From contig CAZQXB010000002.1 in the NCBI GenBank assembly GCA_964597575.1, positions 5,624-69,623 on the forward strand: a stretch of DNA of 64,000 nt. The letters are read 5' to 3'. The stretch is from an uncultured Gammaproteobacteria bacterium. GTDB taxonomy: Bacteria; Patescibacteriota; Patescibacteriia; Magasanikbacterales; UBA922. Below are positions 1 through 10,800 of the stretch, one piece after another (positions within the stretch are counted from its first letter, which is position 1; each line of letters opens with the position of its first letter). The notes under the pieces were generated by a model, which saw only the letters and a list, made by a program, of their open reading frames with translations, searched no databases and was not told where the DNA came from. Both the position numbers and the translations under genes were made by a program.

Positions 1-1001
1 TCCCCTATTTTTTCATCACCATACTCCATGGCAAGAGTGCTCAGCATCGCAAGCACTGCATCGACATCTTCATACTCCCCTTTTTCATCTTTAGAAAACC
101 GCTCATCAATCAGTTCTTGAATATGAACGTAAGAGATATGCTCTGTAATTTCTGGCATCTTTGGGGTGGGTGGGATTGGTAGTACAGGAGACTGGACCTC
201 TTTTTCTTCTCTTCGAGAAGATCGATTTTTTGATTCCCCACTCACCTCTGGCATACTATTTCCTTCCGACTTTTTTTCTGGAGTTTTGAGCGGAGGGCTG
301 TTTTGAAGTGCTTCATCAGAAAAATTCAATGCTGCTTCTTGGCGTTTGTACATAACATCTACCAAGATATTGGTAATCGCCTCGTTCTTTCTGAGAAAGT
401 CGACAAAAGAAAGAAAAGATCGAGTAATCGCCACCTTATCAACCTCTTCGGTCACTGCATGCAAGGGAGCGTTGGCAAAAAGTTCTTGCTCAATACGCGC
501 GAGCGTGGCTGAATCATCGAGCCCGACATCTTTCCGAACAACAGCACTTCTTTGCTTTATCAAATCTCGAAGCGGTAAACTTCCAGATTTTCCTGGGTTA
601 ATTGGTACGGGGCTTTCTAAAATCTCTTGGCGCATGGAGCGATAGGCCACTTCTATTTCTTTCTCCCCTACATACCTCCGATAGAGAAAAAAGAATACTT
701 GATCTTCGACAGGAAGATTCAACCGAAAGGCGGTCGGTACCTGCCACTTTAAATGGGCAAAAACCTCATTTTCTGGAAGGCGGAGAAAAATATCCCACGT
801 GAGACGAACAAATAATTCCCAGTGATGAGGATACCCACTAATACGGGCGTAGTTCCCCTGATTATCGGCAAAGAAATCTCGCCACAAACGATACAGTTCA
901 TCCACCTGACTCCGTTCAGAAAACACTACATCAAAAGCCGCGTGAAGCGCTTCAGGCTCTGTTTTGATGTTCGGAATGAATGATTGAAGAGCGTCGGGCA
1001 T
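1..1001 (-). CDS. Hypothetical protein, runs off the left edge (>333 aa)
   Basis: Not in the ORF track. Hand translation from ATG at 1001 (MPDALQSFIPNIKTEPEALHAAFDVV...ISYVHIQELIDERFSKDEKGEYEDVDAVLAML...) is open to the window edge. It starts 8 nt after the stop of the upstream membrane protein. Confidence 0.8.
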   Translation of the reverse strand, partial: MPDALQSFIPNIKTEPEALHAAFDVVFSERSQVDELYRLWRDFFADNQGNYARISGYPHHWELFVRLTWDIFLRLPENEVFAHLKWQVPTAFRLNLPVEDQVFFFLYRRYVGEKEIEVAYRSMRQEILESPVPINPGKSGSLPLRDLIKQRSAVVRKDVGLDDSATLARIEQELFANAPLHAVTEEVDKVAITRSFLSFVDFLRKNEAITNILVDVMYKRQEAALNFSDEALQNSPPLKTPEKKSEGNSMPEVSGESKNRSSRREEKEVQSPVLPIPPTPKMPEITEHISYVHIQELIDERFSKDEKGEYEDVDAVLAMLSTLAMEYGDEKIG

Positions 1002-1009
1002 ATAACGTA

Positions 1010-3913
1010 TTAACTCCTTTCTACATTATCCAAAATCTCTTCTATTTTATCTCGGGTTAGCGTAGCATCTCCAGCGGCTGATTTTATGAAAGTATCAAGA
1101 GCTTTTTGACGATAATCAACCTCTGTCTTAGACATACCACCCGAAACTGCTTCAGAAACTCTCACTTCAAGGTCTGCAACAATCTTCTTGAAAATTTCTT
1201 TAATGTCAGAATTTGCAAAATCAAAACCTGTACCATTGAAGCCCCCCTTCATTTCTGTACCACCACTTAGGACATTCATGATGGATTTCTTGATTCCACT
1301 AATGGTTGAGGCATCTGCATTTCCTAAACTTTCGATCAACCTCTGCATATCGCCATCAACGACACTCTCGGCTCGTCCATCTACATTCAGTGTAAACACG
1401 GTTGGCGCACGTTCAATACCAGAAATTCTCTGGTCGCGACGAGCATACTCTACAGATCTATCTTGAATAACAGTACCCATTTTATCAGGGTTGTTTACTG
1501 CATCCGTAATATACTTCACATTCTGCGCATTCGTTCCAATTCCCATTGCTCGCGTAAACCCGTATGCTTCCCTCAAGTCATTTTCGGTATCGAGCCCACG
1601 ACGAACCTGCCCCTTATATTGATACGATTTCGAAAGCTCCGCATTCCGATCCATTGAAGTGGCCAAATTACGAAATGACCCCTGCGCTTTTCCACCTAAA
1701 CTTCTCACCAAATCTTTTTGAGCACCATCGAGTTTCTGCATCTTTTCATCGTCAGAAACCCCTGGGTCAATTCTTTTTTCAAGAGCGCCCTGAAGCCCTA
1801 AAATGATCTGTGGAATGTCTTCGGCACTTTCTGTAATATCTTTGAACCCGATGGCTTTTTCTTCACGTAAAATATTCATGAGGTTGGTTCCCTCTCCGTT
1901 TTCAAGTGAGCTATGAATGAGAGAATCCATATTCCCCCGTGCAGCAGCTAATGCTTTTTGATCTCCCGCTGCTTTTGCCTTATCAATTTCCCTAATATTT
2001 TTTCGAATCGCATCACTTCGTTCTTGAAAATTGAACTTCGCATAGTCAGCCATGGCTTTCCGATGTGCTTCATCTTGACTGAGCATAACCTCTTTAGGAT
2101 CCTGCCCTTGGATGACTCTATCCATATCACGCATCGCTGCTAACTGCCCGACTGTCTTTCCTTCGTAGCCACCCTGCGTTCTCTTCAAAAGCGCATCTTG
2201 ATAAACACTAGCAAGCATTGGCATGCTATTGCCATTTTTTTCTAAGTACTCACCAACAAACTTCGCCCGTTGTTCATCGGTATACTTTGTCTGCCCCGGA
2301 GCAAATGTATTTCGATCCCTTTTCTCCCCTTCTGCAATTTTTTTCTCCAAAGCAGCTTTCTCACGCTCCATCTGTTGATCTCTCAAGCTATATTCCTCTT
2401 TCTTTTGTTCTGCATTTCCTCGTGCTTTTTCCGTTTCCAAAGCAACTGTCGCTCTTGATAAAGCAGAACCAGCTCCTGAGGTTCGTGACCCTCTGGCAAT
2501 ATTGGTATCTCGAACAGCTTTCGTGGTTGCCTGGTACTCAGATAAACGACCTTCAAGCTCTCCATCTTTTGCACCCAGAGTTTTATAGTACCCCTGCTTA
2601 ACCTTTTCAATTCCAACCTGTCCATAGTATTTTCCGTATTTATATGGCAGGTATCCAGTTCCAGCAATTGCACCAGCCTTAAGCGCACCCTTCGTCACTT
2701 TCTTACCGGCACTAATAATGCTTCCCGCAATATCACTTCCACGTAAGCCAATTTTTTGCACACGCTCAATACCGAGAAGAAGAAAACCGACGGCAATGAA
2801 AAACCCGGATAAATTTTCCCAGCGCGCAATAGCGTTAATACTAACTGACGGACTTTCATTCCCTTGTTCAAAAACAAGATCTGAAACTCCTTGCAGTTCT
2901 TCTGCGTTACCCACGGGCCCACCGAGCGAAGCCGAGATATCACCATTTCCAAGTGTTGCAAATGAAAGCCACAAAAAGAAAGCCATCATGGGGCCGACAA
3001 TAATATATTTAGTGAACTCTCCCCAAAATTCTTTGGCATAACTATTGGTTTGGGGCAAAGCAGACAAGACAAAAGCAAGAGGTGACAAAATAATGAGCAT
3101 CCACAGTATAAGAACACGCACCAGCATGAGAAACGCATAGGCACCAATAGTAAAGAGCGATATAATCGAAAAAATAAGCGCTGCCGCTGCACCTGCTAAA
3201 AGATCTAAGTGGATACTCTCGTTTCCTGCAGCGCTACTATTTGTAGAAATCTGCAAAATTTTATCGAGCTGGAGCATATTAATCAGATTTCCTCCGGCTG
3301 CACCCTCTACGGCATTTAAAAATGTCAGAGTTATGACATGCGAAACATCAATAAAAAGCCCTAAAATAAGCCTACTAAAATTAATGAGAATGGCCGCCAT
3401 GATGAGCTGCACCAGCGATTTTTTCCAAGCATAATTTTCAAAACCGAGCATGGTGGAAAAGGCAATAACAAGAAGCGCCACAATAAAAAACATGTTCGCC
3501 AAATCGCGCACCATAAACCACCCCACCACAACAGGAGGGGCATCGATAAATGCGTTATACGCAGCTAATTTAAGAAAATAATCGAGACAAAAAACCGTTA
3601 AACTGAGAAATAGCCGAGAGATGCCAAGAAAAACATAGGAAACCGCGGTTATAATGGCGTTCGCAACACCTTCCGGAGTAAGACTTGGCGCCGAAGCCAC
3701 AGCCTCCTTAGCAACTTCAATGCCTTTGGGCAAGAGATACGGAGCTGCGAGAGCAGCCCCTTCTACAAACTGCGCATGGACCAAAGAAAATGATACAAGA
3801 GAAGCAGCGCCGATAAGGATTAAAAAAACCCAGACTTTGGTATGTCCGATCAACAGAAACTCCTTCCATTTCTGCCAAGCGCGACCGAGGGTTATTGAGA
3901 GGTAGGCACGCAT
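1010..3913 (-). CDS. Large polytopic membrane protein, VirB6/TrbL-like N-terminal region plus long charged helical cytoplasmic tail
   Basis: Many hydrophobic helices, with motifs GWFMVRDLANMFFIVALLVIAF and LWMLIILSPLAF typical of CPR VirB6-like proteins, then a ~500-aa K/E/R-rich tail. Start moved to ATG 3913, downstream of TGCTATACT at ~3951-3959. Confidence 0.6.
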   Translation of the reverse strand: MRAYLSITLGRAWQKWKEFLLIGHTKVWVFLILIGAASLVSFSLVHAQFVEGAALAAPYLLPKGIEVAKEAVASAPSLTPEGVANAIITAVSYVFLGISRLFLSLTVFCLDYFLKLAAYNAFIDAPPVVVGWFMVRDLANMFFIVALLVIAFSTMLGFENYAWKKSLVQLIMAAILINFSRLILGLFIDVSHVITLTFLNAVEGAAGGNLINMLQLDKILQISTNSSAAGNESIHLDLLAGAAAALIFSIISLFTIGAYAFLMLVRVLILWMLIILSPLAFVLSALPQTNSYAKEFWGEFTKYIIVGPMMAFFLWLSFATLGNGDISASLGGPVGNAEELQGVSDLVFEQGNESPSVSINAIARWENLSGFFIAVGFLLLGIERVQKIGLRGSDIAGSIISAGKKVTKGALKAGAIAGTGYLPYKYGKYYGQVGIEKVKQGYYKTLGAKDGELEGRLSEYQATTKAVRDTNIARGSRTSGAGSALSRATVALETEKARGNAEQKKEEYSLRDQQMEREKAALEKKIAEGEKRDRNTFAPGQTKYTDEQRAKFVGEYLEKNGNSMPMLASVYQDALLKRTQGGYEGKTVGQLAAMRDMDRVIQGQDPKEVMLSQDEAHRKAMADYAKFNFQERSDAIRKNIREIDKAKAAGDQKALAAARGNMDSLIHSSLENGEGTNLMNILREEKAIGFKDITESAEDIPQIILGLQGALEKRIDPGVSDDEKMQKLDGAQKDLVRSLGGKAQGSFRNLATSMDRNAELSKSYQYKGQVRRGLDTENDLREAYGFTRAMGIGTNAQNVKYITDAVNNPDKMGTVIQDRSVEYARRDQRISGIERAPTVFTLNVDGRAESVVDGDMQRLIESLGNADASTISGIKKSIMNVLSGGTEMKGGFNGTGFDFANSDIKEIFKKIVADLEVRVSEAVSGGMSKTEVDYRQKALDTFIKSAAGDATLTRDKIEEILDNVERS

Positions 3914-4025
3914 GGAAATATATACAAGGAAAATCACTCTTAACCCCTTCAGTATAGCACAATCGGGCACCCGTGCCCATGGGGATAACGGGGTATTCAT
4001 GTTATCCACAGTTTGGGTCAAATAC

Positions 4026-4056
4026 TTGACAAAATGCCAAAAATAGTGTCTACTAT
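4026..4056 (+). promoter_or_regulatory. Sigma70-type promoter of GC-rich cassette 1
   Basis: TTGACA (4026-4031), 17 nt, then TCTACT, overlapping TACTAT. A perfect DnaA box TTATCCACA lies at 4002-4010. Confidence 0.6.
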
Positions 4057-4143
4057 AGGATAGTTCTCGTAGTTCTTGACAACGTGTGAGGAAGAAATCC
4101 ACCCCTTACCCCGCCACAGTGCGGGCTGCAGAGGAGAATCACC

Positions 4144-4656
4144 ATGAATACCCATTTCTTTGCCGCCCTTCTGGCGGCTTGCGTCTCTTTCGCCACCGCC
4201 TGCGGTGGTGACGATCCGACGGATCCGGTCAACAACCCCGACAGCGGGGTCGTGAACCCCACCGTCGACAGTGGCTACCCCCCGCCCTCCTGTGAGGGCG
4301 TGTTCTGCCCCGAGCGGCAGATGTGTCAAATCGGCGTGTGCCAGCCGATCCCATCGAGCGACTGCTCGATGTACAACTGGCTCACGGAGCAGGTGTTCAC
4401 CTGCACCCGAGACAAGACCGCGGTCTTCGTGGTTGAAAACAACATGGAGCCGTCGACGTGCGTTCTCCGACCTCCGACAGAGGAGGAGGATCCGTTGTAC
4501 GACGGACTCGACGCCGAGTTCGGCTTGAACCCCGGGGCATCCCATGGAGTAGCGCGGAACGCGCACGCAACCGTGATCGACATGAACGCGGTCGACAAGA
4601 CGTTTTCCGTGACGCACACTCCGTCCGGAAGCCGGTGGGAGTGCAGAATCCCATGA
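4144..4656 (+). CDS. GC-rich Cys-containing lipoprotein (Myxococcota-style)
   Basis: SD AGGAGA shortly before ATG. Lipobox FATA-C followed by GGDD, PDSG/VDSG linker and CEGVFCPERQMCQIGVC. Hand count of 4201-4260 gives 40/60 G+C. Confidence 0.8.
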   Translation: MNTHFFAALLAACVSFATACGGDDPTDPVNNPDSGVVNPTVDSGYPPPSCEGVFCPERQMCQIGVCQPIPSSDCSMYNWLTEQVFTCTRDKTAVFVVENNMEPSTCVLRPPTEEEDPLYDGLDAEFGLNPGASHGVARNAHATVIDMNAVDKTFSVTHTPSGSRWECRIP

Positions 4657-4754
4657 CGAAGTTCTCGATGAGCTTGTGTCTACAAGTTCTGGATGCTTGC
4701 GAACGTTCTTCCTCACACGCATCCATAGAGCATCAAAAAAATTTGATCTTCTAC

Positions 4755-4794
4755 AAATAAAACAATCTGGCTACATAGCCAGATTGTTTTATTT
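4755..4794. terminator. Bidirectional intrinsic terminator
   Basis: Perfect inverted repeat AAATAAAACAATCTGGCTA-ca-TAGCCAGATTGTTTTATTT between convergent genes. Confidence 0.85.
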
Positions 4795-4818
4795 TACTCG
4801 AATGATCTTGTAAACTTA

Positions 4819-7800
4819 TTACTCTTGCGATGGACGAAGTGGAATTACAATGATTTCACCCTGATATCGAGTCCAAACATTCCGCGGATTATTATCGCTT
4901 AAATCATCGCAGATGTCATCGACTATACTTTGAGTATCACTCCCATCATGAAAACCCTGCACTGATTGCACCCCGTTTTCAACCCCGTTACACCACCCCC
5001 AATTATCTTTCACCTGAACTCGGGGACGGAAGACGCATACTCGTTCATTTTCACCGAGTCCATATTCCGCACTTAAACGAACACGGGCATCTGGGTTCTG
5101 AATATCTCCCACCCGAACCGTAAATGCAGCCGGGCTGTTCGGATTCACATCTTCAACCGTACAGGTATAGTCTTTCACAAAGTTAAATGGTCGGGCTAAA
5201 CACGCACGAGGAGAGTTTCCAAATCGAGCAAATTGGTATGAATCAGAACGATCTTGATCGGTATTTGCTGCTGGCCCATAACACCGATAATTTGTTTGAG
5301 CGTTTCTTGGGTCAGTTGTCGGGCAATCCGCATGTGTACGACACGTGAACAAACTGAGGTCAGTGGCAGTAGTTCCACAAAGACCGATGGTTACAATTGC
5401 GTTGTCCGCAGAAGAACAGTAGGGCTTACGATTCTTATATAAACCCGTCTGATTCTCATTCACAATAGGGCTGTTATCACCCCAATTTACCCGTACCTGA
5501 CGAATCGGCATCTTATTGTCGTCGGCTGCCGCAAAAAATTTCATATTTACCTGGAGGTTACCAATACCGATAAGACCCCGAGGATCTGGTGCACCACTTC
5601 GATCAAGGTCTTCATCCGAAGAACCATCTTGACTCCGATCGTAGTTCCGCATCGTGCTATTTTGGCCATTAATTGTCATGTTGTTTGGCTCACCGAGGCC
5701 ACATTTTGACCGTGATTGTTCGCCCACAGTACCACCACCTGGGCAGTTTGCCGGGTTAAGCGAATAGATTTGCGGCGCAACCAAGGTGCCAATTTCTGGC
5801 ACTGGATTACTCACACCACTTCGGTCAACGGCTTGTACTAATGGATCGATGGTCGTACGACTGGTCTGTACATTTGGACGTACACTTGCGTTTTCTAAAC
5901 TAAAGGTATCGAAGGTGAGGGCAAATAAGCGACTGAGTGCGTTTTCACCTGCAGTTTGGTTTTGACCAAGAACGGCCACCTGTGCCGGAATAAGCGGACT
6001 CACGAGAGCTCTTGATTCAAGTGTTGAACAAGGGTGAGCCGTATTTCCTGTTAGATAGAGCGACCCAAACCAGCTTGCCCCGCTACATGCATATGGAACA
6101 CCATCAACTAAATCTTCCCCATGCATACCCGACTGAAATCCGTATCGACGGAGTATCTCAGCCTGTTCGTCTGAAGTGCCAAAATTCGTAATTCGGAGAG
6201 AGCCAAATGGAGAATTCCGCATACCATCTTTCGTAAAGACGCTCCCGAAAGAAGGATGGGTCATCGAACGAATCGCATTACTTACACTACTTACCGCGTT
6301 CGTGGCATACTGCCATACCCGGTTAGTCCATGCTTTATTTAATTGTTCTGTAAGCGGTGCGGAACTGTCGTGCACTTGCGCAACAGCAGTACACTGGTCT
6401 GCCATTTGAGCGATCGTTGCAAAATAGATACCGTCGCTTACATCTGTTGCCTGAAGAACAGATTCATTACACCATCTGCTTACAAAACCTAAGAATTCAC
6501 CATCTTCATTAAAGTCCATCCCAATAGCCACCCAATTTTCCGTGTCTCCATCTCCATCGGCATTCGAATCGGTTTTACACAGAACACTATCGCTAAATGG
6601 ATCACTAATTGGTGCTTGATTTCGGCCAGCGAATGATGACACAGAGGTGTCGAGTTCTTGATTCAACACAAAGGAAGGAAAACGCGATCCTCCACCACTC
6701 GTATTTCCCTGACCCCGGTCAACAAAGAAAATTGAAACATATCGTTCTTGAATACGGTTTCTGCGGCACCATTCTTCAAACTGAGGCCGGACACTGGTCG
6801 TTCCACATTCTTGATTATATTGGTTAAAAAGCCAACCTGAGCCCCCCGTGAGATCCGTATAATCGAGAGAATCAAATTCTGCCCCCTCGGCTTCAGGGCG
6901 CACATACCGAACATTTACCACTACCCCATTATTTCCCCCACCCGCAGGCTCTGCATAGTAATCTCCCTGACTTCCAGCCCCACCAAAAGAGGTTTGGCGG
7001 CCAGACGTAATAATAGGATCATTATGGGCTCTACTTCGAAGAGCAGCCACATCGAGGAAAAACCCATCGTTTAAAATCTGTGGAGCATACCCTTCAAGAC
7101 CTCCCGGAAACGCAAGAGGGACGAAGGTTACTCGAGACAAATCCGATGAGCGCATAAACGCAGTTTCAGCACGTTGCATCACCCGAAAATGACCACTCTG
7201 GATACTCCGCTCAAGTTGGGAATTTGACTGATTAAACGTATCAAGCCGATCTGGAGTCATCCCCAAGTTGTACTGACCATCTGGCGTATTTGGATTTGGA
7301 GCTGGATCAGGCACACCAAGATATGAAGTATTTACCGAAAAGTTATTCATTCGGTCACGATACATGAACACATTGGTCGTGTCTCCAGGTGGCGTTACCC
7401 CAAATTGTCGAGGAGGGTGAAGAAGGGTGCCGAAAGCCGCCACCTCTGCATCAGTTTGGTTTGAAAGAACCAAATCATCATGAACATTGTTCGCAAAAAC
7501 ACTAGGAGTGTACACCTGCAGGTCACTTGCCCGAACGGTATCGTATGTGTTTGGGTCATTACTTCCATTAAGGGAGCTCATTTCTGTGCGAAGGAGCAGA
7601 GCACTTGGACCGAAACGGCGCCATGCCCACGATTGAATGGCCGAGTAAATGTACCCCTGGTCAACCGAGTTACACATGATTCGTTCAAATTCCGTATCTG
7701 TGCTACAGTCTCCTCCGTTCGTTGGGTCCTGGCCTGCAGGAAACACCTGATCGTACACAGTGTTGCCATCCGCTACAGTACGAATGGCATTATCCGTGCC

Positions 7801-10800
7801 ACCACCAACCGGAGGCGAAATATCTGGCGCCTGAAGCCCAACACCAAGACGTGTCGAGTTAACACAGTAGGCCTGTCCTGCAATTTGTGGAGTATTTCTC
7901 AAAAGTAAGGCATCGATATCGGGTTTATACCCCGCTTCGTCATCGGCATTAAAAATATCAAATGTTGAGGCTGACACGCCAATAGGAAGCCAGGTGAGGC
8001 AGGCGTATTCCGTTGGAGAATTTATGCCGTTTACTGGACGACTTAGATCTCGCTCTAAACAGAATCCTTCAAACCCATAATAGGTATCTCTCTTTTGAAT
8101 CGGTATACATTCGTGTGGTGTTTGATTGGTTTGTGGTTGGTTTGGCGTGGCAACATTACACTGCTCAATAGCTGAACATGGGCGGCCTTGGTTTGGCCCC
8201 GTAGCACATACACGCGTTGGGATTGGTGCAGCCGCATTCGCACTTTCATATAAGTAAGGCCAATAATCCACGACTCCGTTTCGGTAGGTTACTTTCACAT
8301 ACTTACACGAACAATCTTCTCCGGTTTGGCACACATTTGCTCCTGCAAATTCATTCAACTTTGAAATAAATTCAACACGGGGAGCAGAAATTCCCAGCGC
8401 TCCAAGTATATTTCTCGCGGTTGTTTCTTGTTTCAGCACTGATTGTGGATACGGTGAAGTGGCCTCAGGGTACGCTTTACACGATGCCGCTTCAAGCACA
8501 GAAACAAGGGATTCAATTTCACGAGGACTGATATTTCCTGAAGGAATTGTACGGTCTGAAGGAAATGTACCCTTTACCGGGCGAATACACTGCCCTGAAT
8601 AACACCGGCCGAGACCACCTGACCCACACACGCGCCAATCAGTGCGCTCATTCCCCACTGGGGCACACGCGCTGTTTGCACTCCGCTGTAAATACACCGC
8701 ATACGCACGCTCTTCAAGGCGCTCAAGGCGACGAAGATCCGCAGCCGCGTCTGGGCTCTGTGGGTTGATAGCTACTTTATCTGCACTCAGATCCAAAACG
8801 ATATATGATTGATTTCCGATTTGATACTGGTTAAACAGTGAGTACCCGCTGTATTCTGGATCATTCCAACCAAGCCCTCGTTGAATATAGAGATCTTCCG
8901 TAAGTTGACGTGATGCTTCAGGGGCAAGTTCCCCTACCCAGTGCGTACAGACACCACCTGCACCCATCTGATCACACGCCTTATAGTCGTAGCAGAGCTC
9001 ACTTTGTCTTCCTTGCTCATCTTCTTGAATCACCTTTCCTTTACATGCAAGCCACTCAGCACAAACACGGTCTCGATCAACCTTAAGCACGATATTTGCA
9101 TCGTTATCAGTAACACTCCCAGCGGAACGAGGAGAAACCGGGGAAAACTCTGGGCTCGCCAAAGCACTCGCGCGGTATGTAGCATCGGTACTATACGTTT
9201 TTCTTGGGTTATCGGTTTGATCAAAGAGAATACAACCGTCAACCTGGCTTGCCCCCGTAGCACAAGCTTGGGCACGGGCGCGAATTTTATCATTGTTCTT
9301 TACATAATACGGCCGACCATTTGGGTAAGCCCCTGATACATCAACCGGGTCAATAAATTCTGTACACAAATGAGCTTCGGCCGCACACACCGCTACACGG
9401 CCCGTATATTCTGGAGAATCATTGGAGCGTACGTCGTATACCACACCGGACGAAGTTCGACGCAAGAATGTTGCGTCACAGGCTACAGCTGACGCGACAC
9501 AGGTATTACCGGCTCCACAATCACTATTATTATTTGTTCGGCAAACCATGGTAGCATCTTGGCTGCACCGACCCATACCTCTCAGAAACCAACCGTTCAC
9601 TCGCGTTTGCCCTACCGATTGGCCTTCAAGGTACTCACACACCCCAGCACCAGTAAATTCAGGGTCACGGAAATAACTCACCGTATTGTCGGAGCGAAAT
9701 TCTGCACAACCAATTTGCTCGGCTTGACAAAGGATTCCGGCGCTTTCCCCAGGGGCCGTAACGTAGTTCGCAGGGTTATTCAAAAGGTACACCTCATTAA
9801 AGGTAAAGGCTGCTGCATCTGCCCGAGGCAATACTTGCGTTTCCATAGCAACTTTCTGGCAGCCAAGTTCAGTTGAGCGGCAAGTAACATCTTTTCTATT
9901 GGTAAGAAAGAGCGGCGCCGCCACTGCCGTATCAGCAGGAATAACTACTGATGTGTTCACTACTCGAAGTGGACCAACAGGAAACACAGTGCCGGTTGGA
10001 ATAATGATCGCTTCATTGATATAACAACCTTCTTGGCCACGTGGAACCGTACATTCATAATCCACATTCGCCACACGAGCAGTACAATTCGCACTTCCAG
10101 GAGCACTGCACCAAACATTGAACGCCTGAGCAAAGGTGGAAGCTGGGGCGGCACCTAACGTATTCTGTGTATCCCATACTGGCTCACATCCAACCGCGGC
10201 TTCACGACAAATCGTTTCAAAACCAGTTGCATAGACCACACGATTCTTGCTGTCCGTATATGCACGGCATCCGAGAGCTTCACCTGGGAATATATCCGTT
10301 GGGGTGCTATCGCACTGGGTTGGAACATCCCCGCCACCGGCTACTCTCCATGAATTTCGGATCAGCGGTGTACGGTCTCGAAGTTCAATTAAACGAACAT
10401 AGTCAAGGAAATAATCCCGTGCGTTTCCTGACCGAACGAACTCAATGGCGAGAGGCTCCGCAGGATCAACACCATCAAGCGAGACTGGCCCAAACGTGAA
10501 CTCCTGCCATCCACCAGTAATACCTGCAAGGGCGGTCGGTTCGGTAAATGCACCAAATTCGACACCATTCGCATTCACTCGACTTCCGTTTTGAGTAAAG
10601 TAAATTTCGAGATTTTGTAACCCGTCAGCTCGGCCCCAGAAGGTAAGAGTGAACGTTTTTCCGACTTGCACTTGAGCCTGAGGAACCGTGCGGGCAACCC
10701 GTGCTGCGGCCGCTGGAATTCCCAAAGAATGTTCACCTACAATAACCGCTTCCCCAGCCAGACGAAGTGCTGCGTTATTTTGAACCGGAGCCCAACCAAG

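Noticed and set aside
3914-4102. Upstream extension of the VirB6-like ORF in the track
   Set aside because: Overlaps divergent promoters and the DnaA box. ATG 3913 follows an extended -10.
4083-4719. MITE/IS reading of the 14-bp inverted repeat
   Set aside because: No target-site duplication, no other copy noticed in the window, and both arms lie inside the predicted transcript. Not fully excluded.
4018-4722. 234-aa antisense ORF over the lipoprotein
   Set aside because: Same high-GC shadow effect, with no expression signals and implausible composition.
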